NCBI GenBank assembly: GCA_965153455.1
Contig: OZ234493.1
Coordinates: 31,796,213 to 31,860,212 of the forward strand
DNA from: Sphagnum compactum
Lineage: Eukaryota
Direction of reading: 5' to 3'
DNA: 64,000 nucleotides
A program made the position numbers and the translations under genes. Below, piece after piece: positions 52,801 to 64,000 of the stretch. Within the stretch, counting starts at the first letter, position 1, and each line of letters starts with the position of its first letter. The notes under the pieces are model-generated. The model was given only the letters and a program-made list of their open reading frames with translations, made no database searches and was not told the DNA's origin.

Positions 52801-55800
52801 TGATGAATCTCCCCCACTTTGCTTAAATTTGCCTCTGGACTAGAGTTGCTCCTTACAAGATTTTAAGGCGCTTATGTTGTTGGCATTTTGCTGTTCAATT
52901 CTGGGCGCAGCATGTTATACTAAGGATTTTGGTGAAGCATGAAGAGTGAGTTACCTGTGAAACTCGTCCCGTTCGGAGAGCCTCTGGTGGCAAATTTACG
53001 TGCTTTAAAAATGCAGCTGCATGCCCCCTCCACCAGTTGTCGCCTTGAAGCACTGGACGCCTGTTTACACATGGAAAAGAATGTGATTTATGAGAAACCA
53101 AACCCAAAAAAATTTAAAGAAAATGAACTTGAATTGCAAACAACTTCATTGCAAATTTAGTTCACTTGATCTAGTTGAATTTAGCAATAGACAGCCACAT
53201 GCATTTCCACATGTTATGCCATAAACATACGCTGTGCCTGTTTTAAGGGATGGAAGCAAGGCAAGGTTATGGGAGAGAGAGAGAAACTCAACCGGTTTCG
53301 ATTCCAAGGAGCAAGGACACCCTGACGATATAACCATGCACATGGAAATATAAGCGGGTTTCGACCTATGTCCAGCAGCAGACCCTGCACCCCGTTGACA
53401 CATATCCCCCCCACAATGCATTCATACAAGATTCTGGCTTGATGCCTCATATTGAGACTAGGATTGTTGCACCCACCCTTAAAGGCTTGTTTGTTGAACC
53501 TCATTCCAAAAACCGAAGTCCTAAATCATTGACAATTGATGATGAGCACCAATATCTATTACCTTTAAAAGAGAATAGATGAAGTGATCAGTATACAAAA
53601 CAACTGAATGATCCCTTATAGAACCCAAACACCAATTCTAGGGTATTGGATATATGTAGAAATGATGACAGTCTATGGAGGGTACTTACAGTATATGCAG
53701 CAATTGCATATGGTTGAAGAACGGTAGCCTCTAAAAGCTCCTTTGCTGGAGCTGGTTTATATTTGTCAGAGAAGGATTGCAGTTGGGGTGGTTGATTCTT
53801 CAACATGGCCACACCTATTTCCAGTAGAACCCCAAGTCAGAACTTACCATAGTCAGAACATACAATGTACACTCCTCACATAATCTCATAGCTTGATGCA
53901 AAAGCTTGGAAAAACCTTCAATTAGAAAGATCAACATAAAAACCACTGGAGATTCAAAACCAAACAAAAAAGACAAATCCAAAGAAGGAAACAACTTCAA
54001 GATTACTGACCAACAAAAAAATTGGACAGTTTTTTAAAGGCAGGTTAGAACTTTTGACTGGGCAGGTTACCTGCAAGAACCTCCAAGTGGCCGGCACCCT
54101 GAGCTCGATAAGCCACTAAATCACCTAGTAAAGCAGCAACAGAATCCACCTCGTCATTTTTCAATTGACTCCTGCAGCCCATCACACTTTGTATGAGTAC
54201 ATTTTCTAATTGTTTGTGTATAAATTATAAATGGTTTGTTGGTTGCTCCAGAGCTTTAGCCTGAGCAATGATGTGGACAATCAAGTTCTCCATCGACAGG
54301 TGCTTGGGATATATCTACAAGATTGTGGATAAAACTCCACAATGAAAATGCTTTGAAGGTACAATGACAAATCAGTGCAGTCATTTAACCTTATGAGAGT
54401 TGATCTACAAAGTGTGTCAGATTGAGTGCAAAGTACAGCTTCCATCTTTTAGTAGTGATGAGACTGCTTACAGATAGCGGGATTTCCCAAGGCAACAAAG
54501 AGCTTCACGGATGCCATGGTTGAAAACTTCGCGGTAGTGTGCTCTCCATGCTTCATCATGCATATTATAGAGAGAGTGCCAAGCCATCATGTTTGAACCC
54601 ACACAGCATTGTACTACTGTTGCTGCCCAACTGAACACATTCAAGATGACTAGTACTGTCTTTTGCCAATGCCCAGTCTGCCCATCTGCACCAAACAATT
54701 GCACCAAGGTAATCAATCAAGAGAAAACTTTGACCTCAAAAATTTGAGGCCAACTACACAACTGTTCCTTCACACTAATTGCAAAAGCTTGGTTCCCATC
54801 ATCATACTAAGTCATTTGTGAACGAAAGCACTTAAGGTTACTTCTAAGTTCAAATACCATGAATGGAAACAAAATTGAAAATCTAAGAGAATGAATTCGA
54901 CTGCCTACTATGATGGATATTGGCATATTCTTTCTCCACAATGACATGTGTGAGATATGCAGCACCCACAACTTGTAAACATGCTAGCAGAAACCCCACT
55001 CGACCCGCCCATAGCCATTGCTTATACCGCCGCTGCAACTCACCACCACACACAACCCCAATCAAGACAACACTGCCTGTGTCAGTGCAAGATCTTGCAA
55101 AGACTTGTCTTAGCAAGATTTGTCTCATTTCTACCATATCAAGTGCAAACTCAATTCAACTAGAACCTCCCCAACAATGTTAGAGATGGAATAAGATCAT
55201 TAGAACCCTGGGATCTCAATTGAGAATACGCTTGCAAGTAGGGTTTCTGCTGGGACTGATTTGATCAGAAGGCGGGGAAATAGATGTATAAAAAGGATCT
55301 TGTGGGGATTGGACCTCAAAATCTGGAGATTCATTGTGAACCCTTGAAGTGCCTATGGAATAATAATTTATAGGTAACAAAATATGCTATGCAATTAGAC
55401 TTCTCAGCAAGTGTGGAAATTCCCATGATTGTGTTTGCAGCTCCTTGCCCCTAGAGATTGCTCATTGGCCAAGAATCATGGTGGGTTTTTTCCACAACGA
55501 TGACATACTTTTTCATTCAAGTGAAATTTGGTCTTCTAGATGTGAAACATGGTGTTCGATCAATAGAAGAATCCATGCCCAAAAGAGGAAAGTACTTCAT
55601 AGGAGAGTTCCTCCACTGGCCTTCCTGTGGAGAAGAGAGGCTTGCAGAAAATGGAAACCCAATATGTATGTATGTGCAAAAGGGGCAACAAAAACTTGTC
55701 AGCAAGGCAACCAAGCCCAAGAGCTTTGTAAAAAAGTGTGTGTATATAGAAAAAGAAGAGATGCATACCCGACGATCGCTCTGAGTCAAACTGCCATCTT

Positions 55801-56098
55801 GAGTAGCAGCATCATCATCAGCAGCAGCAGCTTGAGCATCTTTGTCTTGCTGTGCAGTTATCATTACTGAAGCCACTGCCACTTGAGCGAAGCCCATTGC
55901 CCCCAGCCAGACAACACGTAAACCAGAGACAGCAACAAGGATTCCGATCACAACCAGCACTTGCACTGGCCATGAATTCTGGATTGACACAAGCCATAAA
56001 GCTAGGCCAAAAACTGTCCCGTTCAGCACAAAAAGAAGCAAAACTGTGCATTTCACATTCTGCAGCTTTGCAAGCCACACCACCTTCTCTAGACCCAT
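49817..56098 (-). CDS. Class-3 lipase (alpha/beta hydrolase) with N-terminal transmembrane segments, sn1-diacylglycerol-lipase-like, about 922 aa
   Basis: 13 phase-compatible GT-AG exons: 56098-55769, 55032-54909, 54685-54472, 54171-54071, 53814-53690, 53384-53293, 53060-52955, 52663-52509, 52333-52158, 51867-51746, 51479-51382, 51111-50089, 49919-49817. Motifs: VAIRGTETPEDLLTD, YAHVGI, LVGHSLGGA (nucleophile Ser), VYAFG, YNDEFSSRLS, FIPG.VIH, FLDHMPW (His). Confidence 0.9.
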
Positions 56099-56296
56099 GA
56101 GGGAAACATGTGCTTGCTTGGATTTACTCCACAAGCTCTCTGTGTCTCTCTGTGTGTGTCTCTCTCCTTTGTGTCTAATTACTCCTTCCGAGATTCCATT
56201 GTGGTTGTGAAAGTTGTAGGAACAACAAAATCTCCAACATCTGATCCAAAATTTGACTAAGTTTGTGATCTGCACTCAGCTGCAAAAGCTGGGATA

Positions 56297-56336
<40 letters not shown>

Positions 56337-58749
56337 GTCAATTAACATTTTCCAATCATTGTGGAGTTGATGAACAAAACTATAAAATAGCATTACAGGA
56401 AAAAGCCTGAACTTCATTCTAGTAAAGCCTTCAGCAAACCCTAACAAGTGAGACAGAGCATCTCTCTCACAAACTCCTGCAAATTCCAAAACACTCTTGG
56501 AAATCCCAGTTTCATTCACAGTTCTAGACTGTTGTTTTTGTTTCTTCTTCTTCTGCTGCTGCTGCTTCATGATGTGGAAAAGCTGCTGCTGGGATTTCAA
56601 GCTGCTCAGATTTGAAACCCTTAGCAACAAAGCTCGGGTTTTCAGTTTGTTTGTGTAAGGCGCAAAGATTTACGAAAAAAAACTTAGCCTACATTTCCTT
56701 TTGGAAGCGTGAAGAAATCCCTTGCCAAAATCGCTTGCAAAAAACTACTTGGGCTTTTGTTTTGAGAGAAGTTTTAGAACAAGTCGAGGTTGCATCATCA
56801 GGGTCTTGTTAGTGTAAGCAAAAGCTCCCGATGTAAGAACAGCAGCAGCTTGTGGTGAACGGACTAGATACTACTACTACTACTACTACTACTACCTTTG
56901 CAAAGCTTCCCTGCTGAGCTTTTGCTCCATGCCATCCAAGAGCAACTAACAACAACAACAACACTAGGTAGTGGGGTTTTTCCTTTTGTTTTCAGAAATT
57001 TGTGTTTGTTGATGCATCCTCATCTATGCCGTCGCAAAAGAAGCTTACAAAATTTTCGTCGTTCTAAGAAAGCCACTTTGCCCAGCAGCAGCTTTAGGAA
57101 AAAAAGCTCGACTCAATAGATTCTCCACTTTGAGCAAAGCTTCTTCACACCAATAAACTCTTTGAAAGCATAATTTTTTTCATTCACCAAAAGCGGCATC
57201 GACAGCAACAGTAGCAACGGCAGGAGCTGCATCGGCGCTTGAAGTAAATCCATTACCCAAAAAAAAAGATAAAAGAAAAAGACTCCGCCACTCCAAAACC
57301 AGTTGCTTTGACAAAGCAAATGAGAATTTTTTCCCTTCCTTCCTCGCATCTCAGTTTCCAAAAGAGCACTCGAGAGGTAGTGGAGATGGGAGCTTTAAGG
57401 ATCAAAAGCTCAAATCTTTTGAAAAGCTCTAAACTCCACCATACTTATTACATTACTCTACTAAACATCGCAACGGTTATACAGGTTTGTTGGGTGCTAA
57501 TTCCCCCACCTCCAAGCATGAACATCTACCACAAGAAAACGAACAACAACGAGAACAAACGAACCAAACAACAGGAACAACCAACGATCCCATTCACAAC
57601 CGGCACAAGAAGAAGGGGGGGAAAAAAAGAAAAAAGAAAAAGTTGTTTTGCTTCTTGTTGCTTGACTGGGTCGTCGTTGGTTCGTTGTTGCTGACACAAA
57701 GGATTTTATTATTCAACAAAGCAAACAATCAAACAAACAAATAAAAGGAGGATCACCGAAATGGGGGGCGCAATGAATGTTGTGATTTGTTGTGTGGGTG
57801 GAAAGATCTTCGTTGTCTACAGTGCTATAACAATAATTGTAAATGGAACAACGAAGCCCCCGTCATGGCATCAAAACCCCCATCGCTCCTCCTCCCTCTC
57901 TCCCTCCTCCTCACACACTACACTCGTTCATTCTCTATCTATACGAACTACCGTTTTCTACAACCGACAATTGCACAAACAAAAGCTGTAAAATCTTTCG
58001 AAAAGATGGAGACTTCAACGAAGAAGACAATTTTGCTCATGACGAAGAAGAAGAAGATGATGATGATGAGGGTGATGATATAGTCCACAAATACTAACAA
58101 AGTGCGAGCCTTTGTTTCTTCTTTTTTTGGGCTCAAGGGTCTTTTTTTTTTCGCTTACCGAAGGATCAATCGATTTGCTCATTGCAAAAAGCATGGCTAT
58201 TCCTGATCTTGCTCTCGCTCCTTTCTTTCCTTCCACCAAGTTCAAATTAGTTACTAAATTTGTACCAACGGCGTTGCTTTGTTGTTTGCTTGATTTGCTT
58301 TCCTTGGCACTTCTTCTCCTTCGCATTTGTTTGCTTTTGCTTTGCTTTGCTTTGCTTGGTCATCCATCCATCCATCATCTGTGAAGAAAATTCTTCTTCT
58401 TCTTCATCAGAAAGGACCAAACTATAACACTTACTTTATTTAGGGTAAAGCCCGAGGGTATGGGCTTACCGGGAATAAGGGCCCTGCCAGGTGGTGCCAA
58501 GCGTGGTTCTGATTCCCGTGAACCCCACCCCCGAGGGCTTGACACAGCGTAAAAACCATGCCTGATTTTGTAAAATTTCATTGGTTTTCTTGTGATACCC
58601 AGCGGGTATGCATCAAATACCTGGAGGGTATCAAAAAGGGAACCCCCAAAACAAAAACCACTGCCAGGCATTTTTGAAAAATGTAATGCCCGCCAACTTC
58701 TTATTACATTTTGTAAGGTATCCTCTCGATGCAGTAGAAATAACCAACC

Positions 58750-58900
58750 GCAAAGGTTTTGTTTGGAGCTTGTTTCGAGTCTCCTTTTGGATCAATTGCT
58801 GCTCATTCATTGCAAAAAAATTATCCTGCAAAGGTTTTGTTTCGAGCTTGTTTCGAGTCTCCTTTTGGATCAATTGCTGCTCATTCATTGCAAAACAATT
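58750..58900. repeat. ~78-bp tandem duplication
   Basis: gcaaaggttttgttt.gagcttgtttcgagtctccttttggatcaattgctgctcattcattgcaaaa.aattatcct present twice. Confidence 0.92.
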
Positions 58901-59344
58901 ATCCTTCCTTTCCTTGTCATGGAATTTTCCAAATCCACGGTGTTTAAATTAGCTACTAAATGTGTACTAAAAGCCCCCGCCACCATGTCTGTTTGTTGTT
59001 TTTTGCTTGATGTGCTTTCATTTGCGTTCAATTGATCTATTTCAATTGGTATTGTTTCTAGTGAAATACTGAATAACATTAAGAAGAGAAAAAAACAGAG
59101 CTTTGAAATAATGCAGCTGTGATGATGATGAGGCTGCAGCTGGGTTGGAGATATTTTTAGTCACTTAAAATTAAGCAAAATAGCTCGGGAAATTTCCTTT
59201 TAACTTGGAAGAAACTTTCCTCTGCCCGCACATGTCTGGGTTTAGGCATCCAAGTAAAAGTATCCTTGACATGCGCAGAGCTGGTAGATTTTTCTGCTTG
59301 TTTTTATGCACACGTTTTATGGTTTCTGGATTCTTTGAATTCCT

Positions 59345-59445
59345 ACATCACAAATTAGAATTGTGTGCTCATTCTCTTACATCACAAATTAGAATAGTGT
59401 GCTCATTCTCTTACATCACAAATTAGAATTGTGTGTTCATTCTCT
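59345..59445. repeat. 34-bp tandem repeat, 3 copies
   Basis: acatcacaaattagaattgtgtgctcattctctt repeated three times. Confidence 0.9.
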
Positions 59446-62400
59446 CGCTCTCTCTCTTGCATGGCTCTCAAAAATTCTTGTTCTGTTTTTGTTTTGTTGT
59501 TCACAAAAGAAAGTTGTTCAATTTTTCACACAACAATTTGTTCTATGTTAACCCAAGTGGTTCAATATCTCTGGCTTTTCTTCCAGAAAACAATTTGTTC
59601 CATGCTAACCCAAGCTATTTAATCTTTGGTTCTTTGTTCAAATCTTTCATTCTTCATTTCACAAAAGAATTGTCGCATTGTTCACTTGAAATGATTTGTT
59701 TGGTGTTGATAACAACTACACAAGTGATGAAATCTTTAGTTTGTTTTATTGACAAAAGAAAACTGTTCCCTAAAGAGCCATTTTTGCTACGCTGGATTGT
59801 TCGGTTTTGCTGCCAGTCTTTGATTCATAAATAGGCATCTACTACTACTATTACTTTTTCCAAGGACGACCCATTAGCAATTTCCGTGTCAAAAATAGGT
59901 GGGTTTGAAAAAATTGATCAGCACGTGAGTTTGTTACCCCCATGCAGAGTCCACATTCGTTTCTCTTTGTTTTTTTCTCTTTTCCTTGGGGTTGGCCCTA
60001 CTCTTGAGCACAAGAAGGGAGAGGTGGGCCGGGAAGATGATGATGCCTTTCATGCAATGGTTGCAAACTCTCCAATCAAGTCGATTACCTGTAGCTACCC
60101 TACATACTTGACCAAGACCAAAATTGCACAGAGGTCCAATTCCAAGAAGCTTGATAAAAGCAAAATGCAAAACTGGATCAAAGAATTGCAAACGGGCTCT
60201 GGAATAGTAGGCACCATTCCCCTTTCCCTAGGCTCGCATTCGTGTTTGATCATTTTTGGGGTTTTAGGTTAAGAATGAGAAGGTAGATATTCTGACAAAA
60301 GAAAGTACCCAAGTTTTGCCATGTATTATTGTAATTAGTTGCAAACTTGACACAAATAATTGGTTTAATTGCTTTGCCACAACACTTTACTTAACCCTGT
60401 AAGTGGTGGATTAGAACTAATTAGGGTTAGTAAACCCTAATAGCTCTCACCTTCTTGGATTAGATCTAATGGGATTGTTGCTGTTGCTTTTCCTCCTTTC
60501 CTCTTGCATCTTCTTTTGATTGTTGGGCTATTATTTGACTTTTTTGTAATGGGTCCCAACTATCAACTTTCAAGTAAGAAGGTCCCTCGTAACATGCGCT
60601 ACACGTAGTTATTGCTTGTGTGTATTATGCTTTTTTCAATAAAGTTGGGTGGGTGTGTATAAAAAAAAGTGTTGCTACACCACAAGTATGGTTTTCATGT
60701 AGTTCCTAGAAATCATATCAACCGTGTTATTGCATGGAGAGTACATTATTTATATAAATAGATATTTCTTTTCCTGGACATAGGTATGGGTTTGTGAAGG
60801 TGAATTGTATATAAGTAAAGCTAGGGGTGTGTCACAGTGTGGCCTTGCCATTTACATTAAAAAGTATCTTAGGGCAAAAGAAGAATTATGGAAACTCAAA
60901 TATTTCACCATGCAAAAATTTAATCTTCTGAAAGAAAACAAAAATCCTTCAAGAGATTATAACTCTACAACTAATTTCAAGTTTCAACACAAGCCAAAAT
61001 ATCATCTTTCAAAAATCATCATATAAAAATAGACCTATTATTACCTAGGGGCCAAAATCTTAAGCTACTATGCTCTATAATGAACCAAAACACAATATCC
61101 TTGCCTTGGTAGGCAAGACCAACAACAGGTGGGCGTTAAAGGTATACTACTTCTTTGTGGGACACTACTCAAACGTGTAACTATTGCCAAACTATGTCAC
61201 AAAATGGCACCAATATGTTTGATAAAAGTGTTAAATTTCATGGCTTTTATCCATGCTAAATTTGAACCAACTTAAGGGTTCCAATGTGAACATATGTTTG
61301 TAAAAAAGTCCTACTCCATAAACCCAAGTTCATATGGATTCCTGAAAGGCCTTTGAAATTTTGCATTTGAAAAAGTTTTGTATGTCCATTTTGGTCAAAA
61401 TTCTAAGGTATTTATGAGAGTCTGTATGAAGATGTTATCAATATGATATTTCATAAAATTGGGTTTGAATTTTCCATATTGTCAACAATATTTGTGAACA
61501 TTGGCACAAGGGGGTCGGTGGTTTAGGGATCGTGTAGAAAATGTTTTTTTGTGTTGTGTTGGCTAGTTGCAAACAATGTGTTCTACTAAGAGATAGAAGT
61601 TAGATCAAGTTAGGTTGTCATAGTCTTGGGATGAATGCATGCTAAGGGACACCATGGAAGCGACAATATCCTCGACAATGCCAAGTGATGAGGTTCTCAA
61701 ATCACCTTGGCAAATAAATAACAGGGCCATGTAAGTTGGGGTTTGGAATTCATGTTCAACTAAGAATTCACAATGTCAAAAGAAAAAGTCATCATGTATA
61801 AAAATGACTTGTTTATTTTACAATTTTAATTAATGAATGAAAATATAAATCTATTAAGAAAAAAATAGTTTAGACAATTGGTAGCTTCTACATCATGTGA
61901 GCAAGGGAATCATTAGTTTTCCAAATGTAAATTGCATAATTCACATTCTATATATTCGACAATTTACCAATACACACATTTAAACAAAAAAAATGTTGCA
62001 TTAGAATTAATTCAAATAATTCATACAATTGCTTATGATTCTAATGAGATTTCACACATGCTATCAAGCAATTCCTTATTCTCTTGAAATCATTATTGAA
62101 ATTATAGTGTTACAAAACTTTTGTCTATTTACCTGCAATTGAAGTTTGGAGCTAAGGTTTAAGTTTTATCAATTATTTGGAATCAACTAATTCTCATTTT
62201 ACATTTATTAAACTCAGGCCTTGCGTTTCTACACACTATTAAGGACAATGAAATGATGAAAAAAATGAGTTGATTTTGTGGGATTAAGATCCATTTGAAT
62301 TCAAATTTCATTTCCAAGTCCAATTCCATTAAAAGGAAATGAGATACAAATTTGTGCACAAGGCATTGAAAATATGCTCATCACTTCCATCATTTGTGAT

Positions 62401-63164
62401 TATGATGTTGAAAAACAAAATTAACAAATTCCACATCAAAAGGATGGGACGAATTTTTCATTCCCCATTACAGGCATTAAACAATTTCCCTTGGGATAAT
62501 TGGGTGTGTTTTGTTTTATTATATTTTTAGCATCAAATTTCTTTTGATAATGTTAGCATATTTTGGCATTTGCATATTATTTAATAGGCTTTGATTACAT
62601 ATTTGCTCCACACACCTAAAGAATTAGGAAATTATATTTTACGTTTCAAATCTGCACCTTATATGATAATTATTGAGGAAATATGTCTATTAACTTAGGA
62701 ATTAAAGTCATTATTCATGAGAAGTTTCTTAAAAGTTGGAAAATACATAATAAACACAAAGTTTTGTCTTTTGGTGCTCACAATGGTCTTGTTGCTCCAT
62801 TCAATTAACTTTGTGAATCAAAAGGTATGAAACATGTTTTTCACTAATCAATCGTATATTTAAAAACATGATGGTCTATATTGTCAATAATCACCCTTAT
62901 GGTGCAAACAACATACCATGTAGTAGTTGAAGCAAGAGAAATCAATTTTTATTAAAAGTTTCACAACTTTTGTAAAATTTGGACTTACTAGGCTCCATAT
63001 TCTTAAACATAGTGCAAAATAATTAAATCAATTATATTCTAACTTCCCCAACACTGTAATTTATGTGAAAATTAATCCACTAAAAGCCATTAGACAATTT
63101 TTTGTGAAATGTATACCTATATCAATTAAGCATAAATTGTAATTTATTTCAAATTCTTCATTTG

Positions 63165-63199
<35 letters not shown>

Positions 63200-63754
63200 A
63201 TAATTCATAGATGTATTTCACATGTGATGTAAATAATTTGGTTTTTAAATTATATATTACCAGTGTAGTAATGCCCTTGAAGGGCAAGGTTCCAGATTGA
63301 GCAAAATCCTCCTCTTCTTTTTCTTTTTTTTTCCATGTTATGTGTCCATATGCTTCCCAATAGTTCATCATTATTATGCTTTTTTTCATGTCCATGTAGA
63401 TGCATAGGGGAAGTGGTTACGTAAAGAGGCTTGAAAGAGGTGAGTTTGAATGGGACAAAGAGACAAACATCATTTTAAAATTATATATTATTATTAACAT
63501 CATTACATGTTGACATCAAAGATGTGAAATGCATTTAGATCGTATTCTTGCATTCGACATCATATAAATCTACATTCATTTGTAAATTCACATTTGAATC
63601 TATTTATGCTATAAGTTTTTGAGCTTGGTTTAAAATTAACAATATTTTAAGCCTAACAAGTTGGTTACAATTGGCAAAAATTTGTAAAGATTTTACTAAA
63701 TACATGTTATTGGAAGATTTATTATGATTAATTTTTTCCCTTAAGAATGTTTTT

Positions 63755-63920
63755 ATGTAGCCCAAGTGGTAATCATCCATAGGAAGATGTAGACAAAAAT
63801 GATCATCATCCCTAAGAAAAATTTGCCAAATCATGCTATAAACTAGATATGAAGTACATATCTTTTAATCAATCTTTGATATTTATGGCTACATGTTGAA
63901 TTATACATATGGAGAATTCC
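63755..63920. repeat. Copy of a dispersed repeat also present at ~46925-47040
   Basis: Both sites share atcatc..aagaaa..ttt(a)gccaaat.(t)ggcta..atctt..atat..tggc. The similarity is degenerate. Confidence 0.4.
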
Positions 63921-64000
63921 CCCCCCCTTTTTTTTTTCTACTTATAGTGATTGAAACCTTCCAATATCAATCAATAAGTAAAATTCTTTTCATACTCCAC

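Noticed and set aside
55517..56275. 252-aa ORF as a standalone gene
   Set aside because: It is lipase exon 1 (ATG at 56098) plus open leader sequence and read-through into intron 1.
60421..60440. ttagggtt...aaccctaa as an interstitial telomere or fusion site
   Set aside because: There is only one unit per side; isolated telo-box words are common throughout the window.

Overview
Eukaryotic, intron-containing land-plant genomic DNA. It is most likely a moss, possibly Sphagnum; this is inferred from the gene content, including a putative cilia-associated UPF0193 gene, and from the sequence style. Four protein-coding genes are supported, three of them by hand-built GT-AG exon models. (1) A CONSTANS-like double-B-box/CCT transcription factor on the minus strand (4869-8256, 5 coding exons). 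(2) An intronless UPF0193/EVG1-like gene on the plus strand (26757-28085). (3) A DUF789 family gene on the minus strand (29309-32423, 6 exons). (4) A membrane-anchored class-3 lipase resembling sn1-diacylglycerol lipase on the minus strand (49817-56098, 13 exons). The AT-rich intergenic DNA holds heavily decayed MULE/SWIM, hAT and Ty3/gypsy relics, one Tourist-like MITE and many tandem or hairpin repeats. I saw no rRNA, tRNA or CRISPR array, and no clearly novel multi-gene system. The best leads are splice features that could give B-box-only or CCT-truncated COL isoforms, a possible unannotated spliced gene head-to-head with the EVG1-like gene, a triple-hairpin array, uORF-rich leaders and an orphan promoter-like island. 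All family calls come from recognising motifs by eye; no database search was run.
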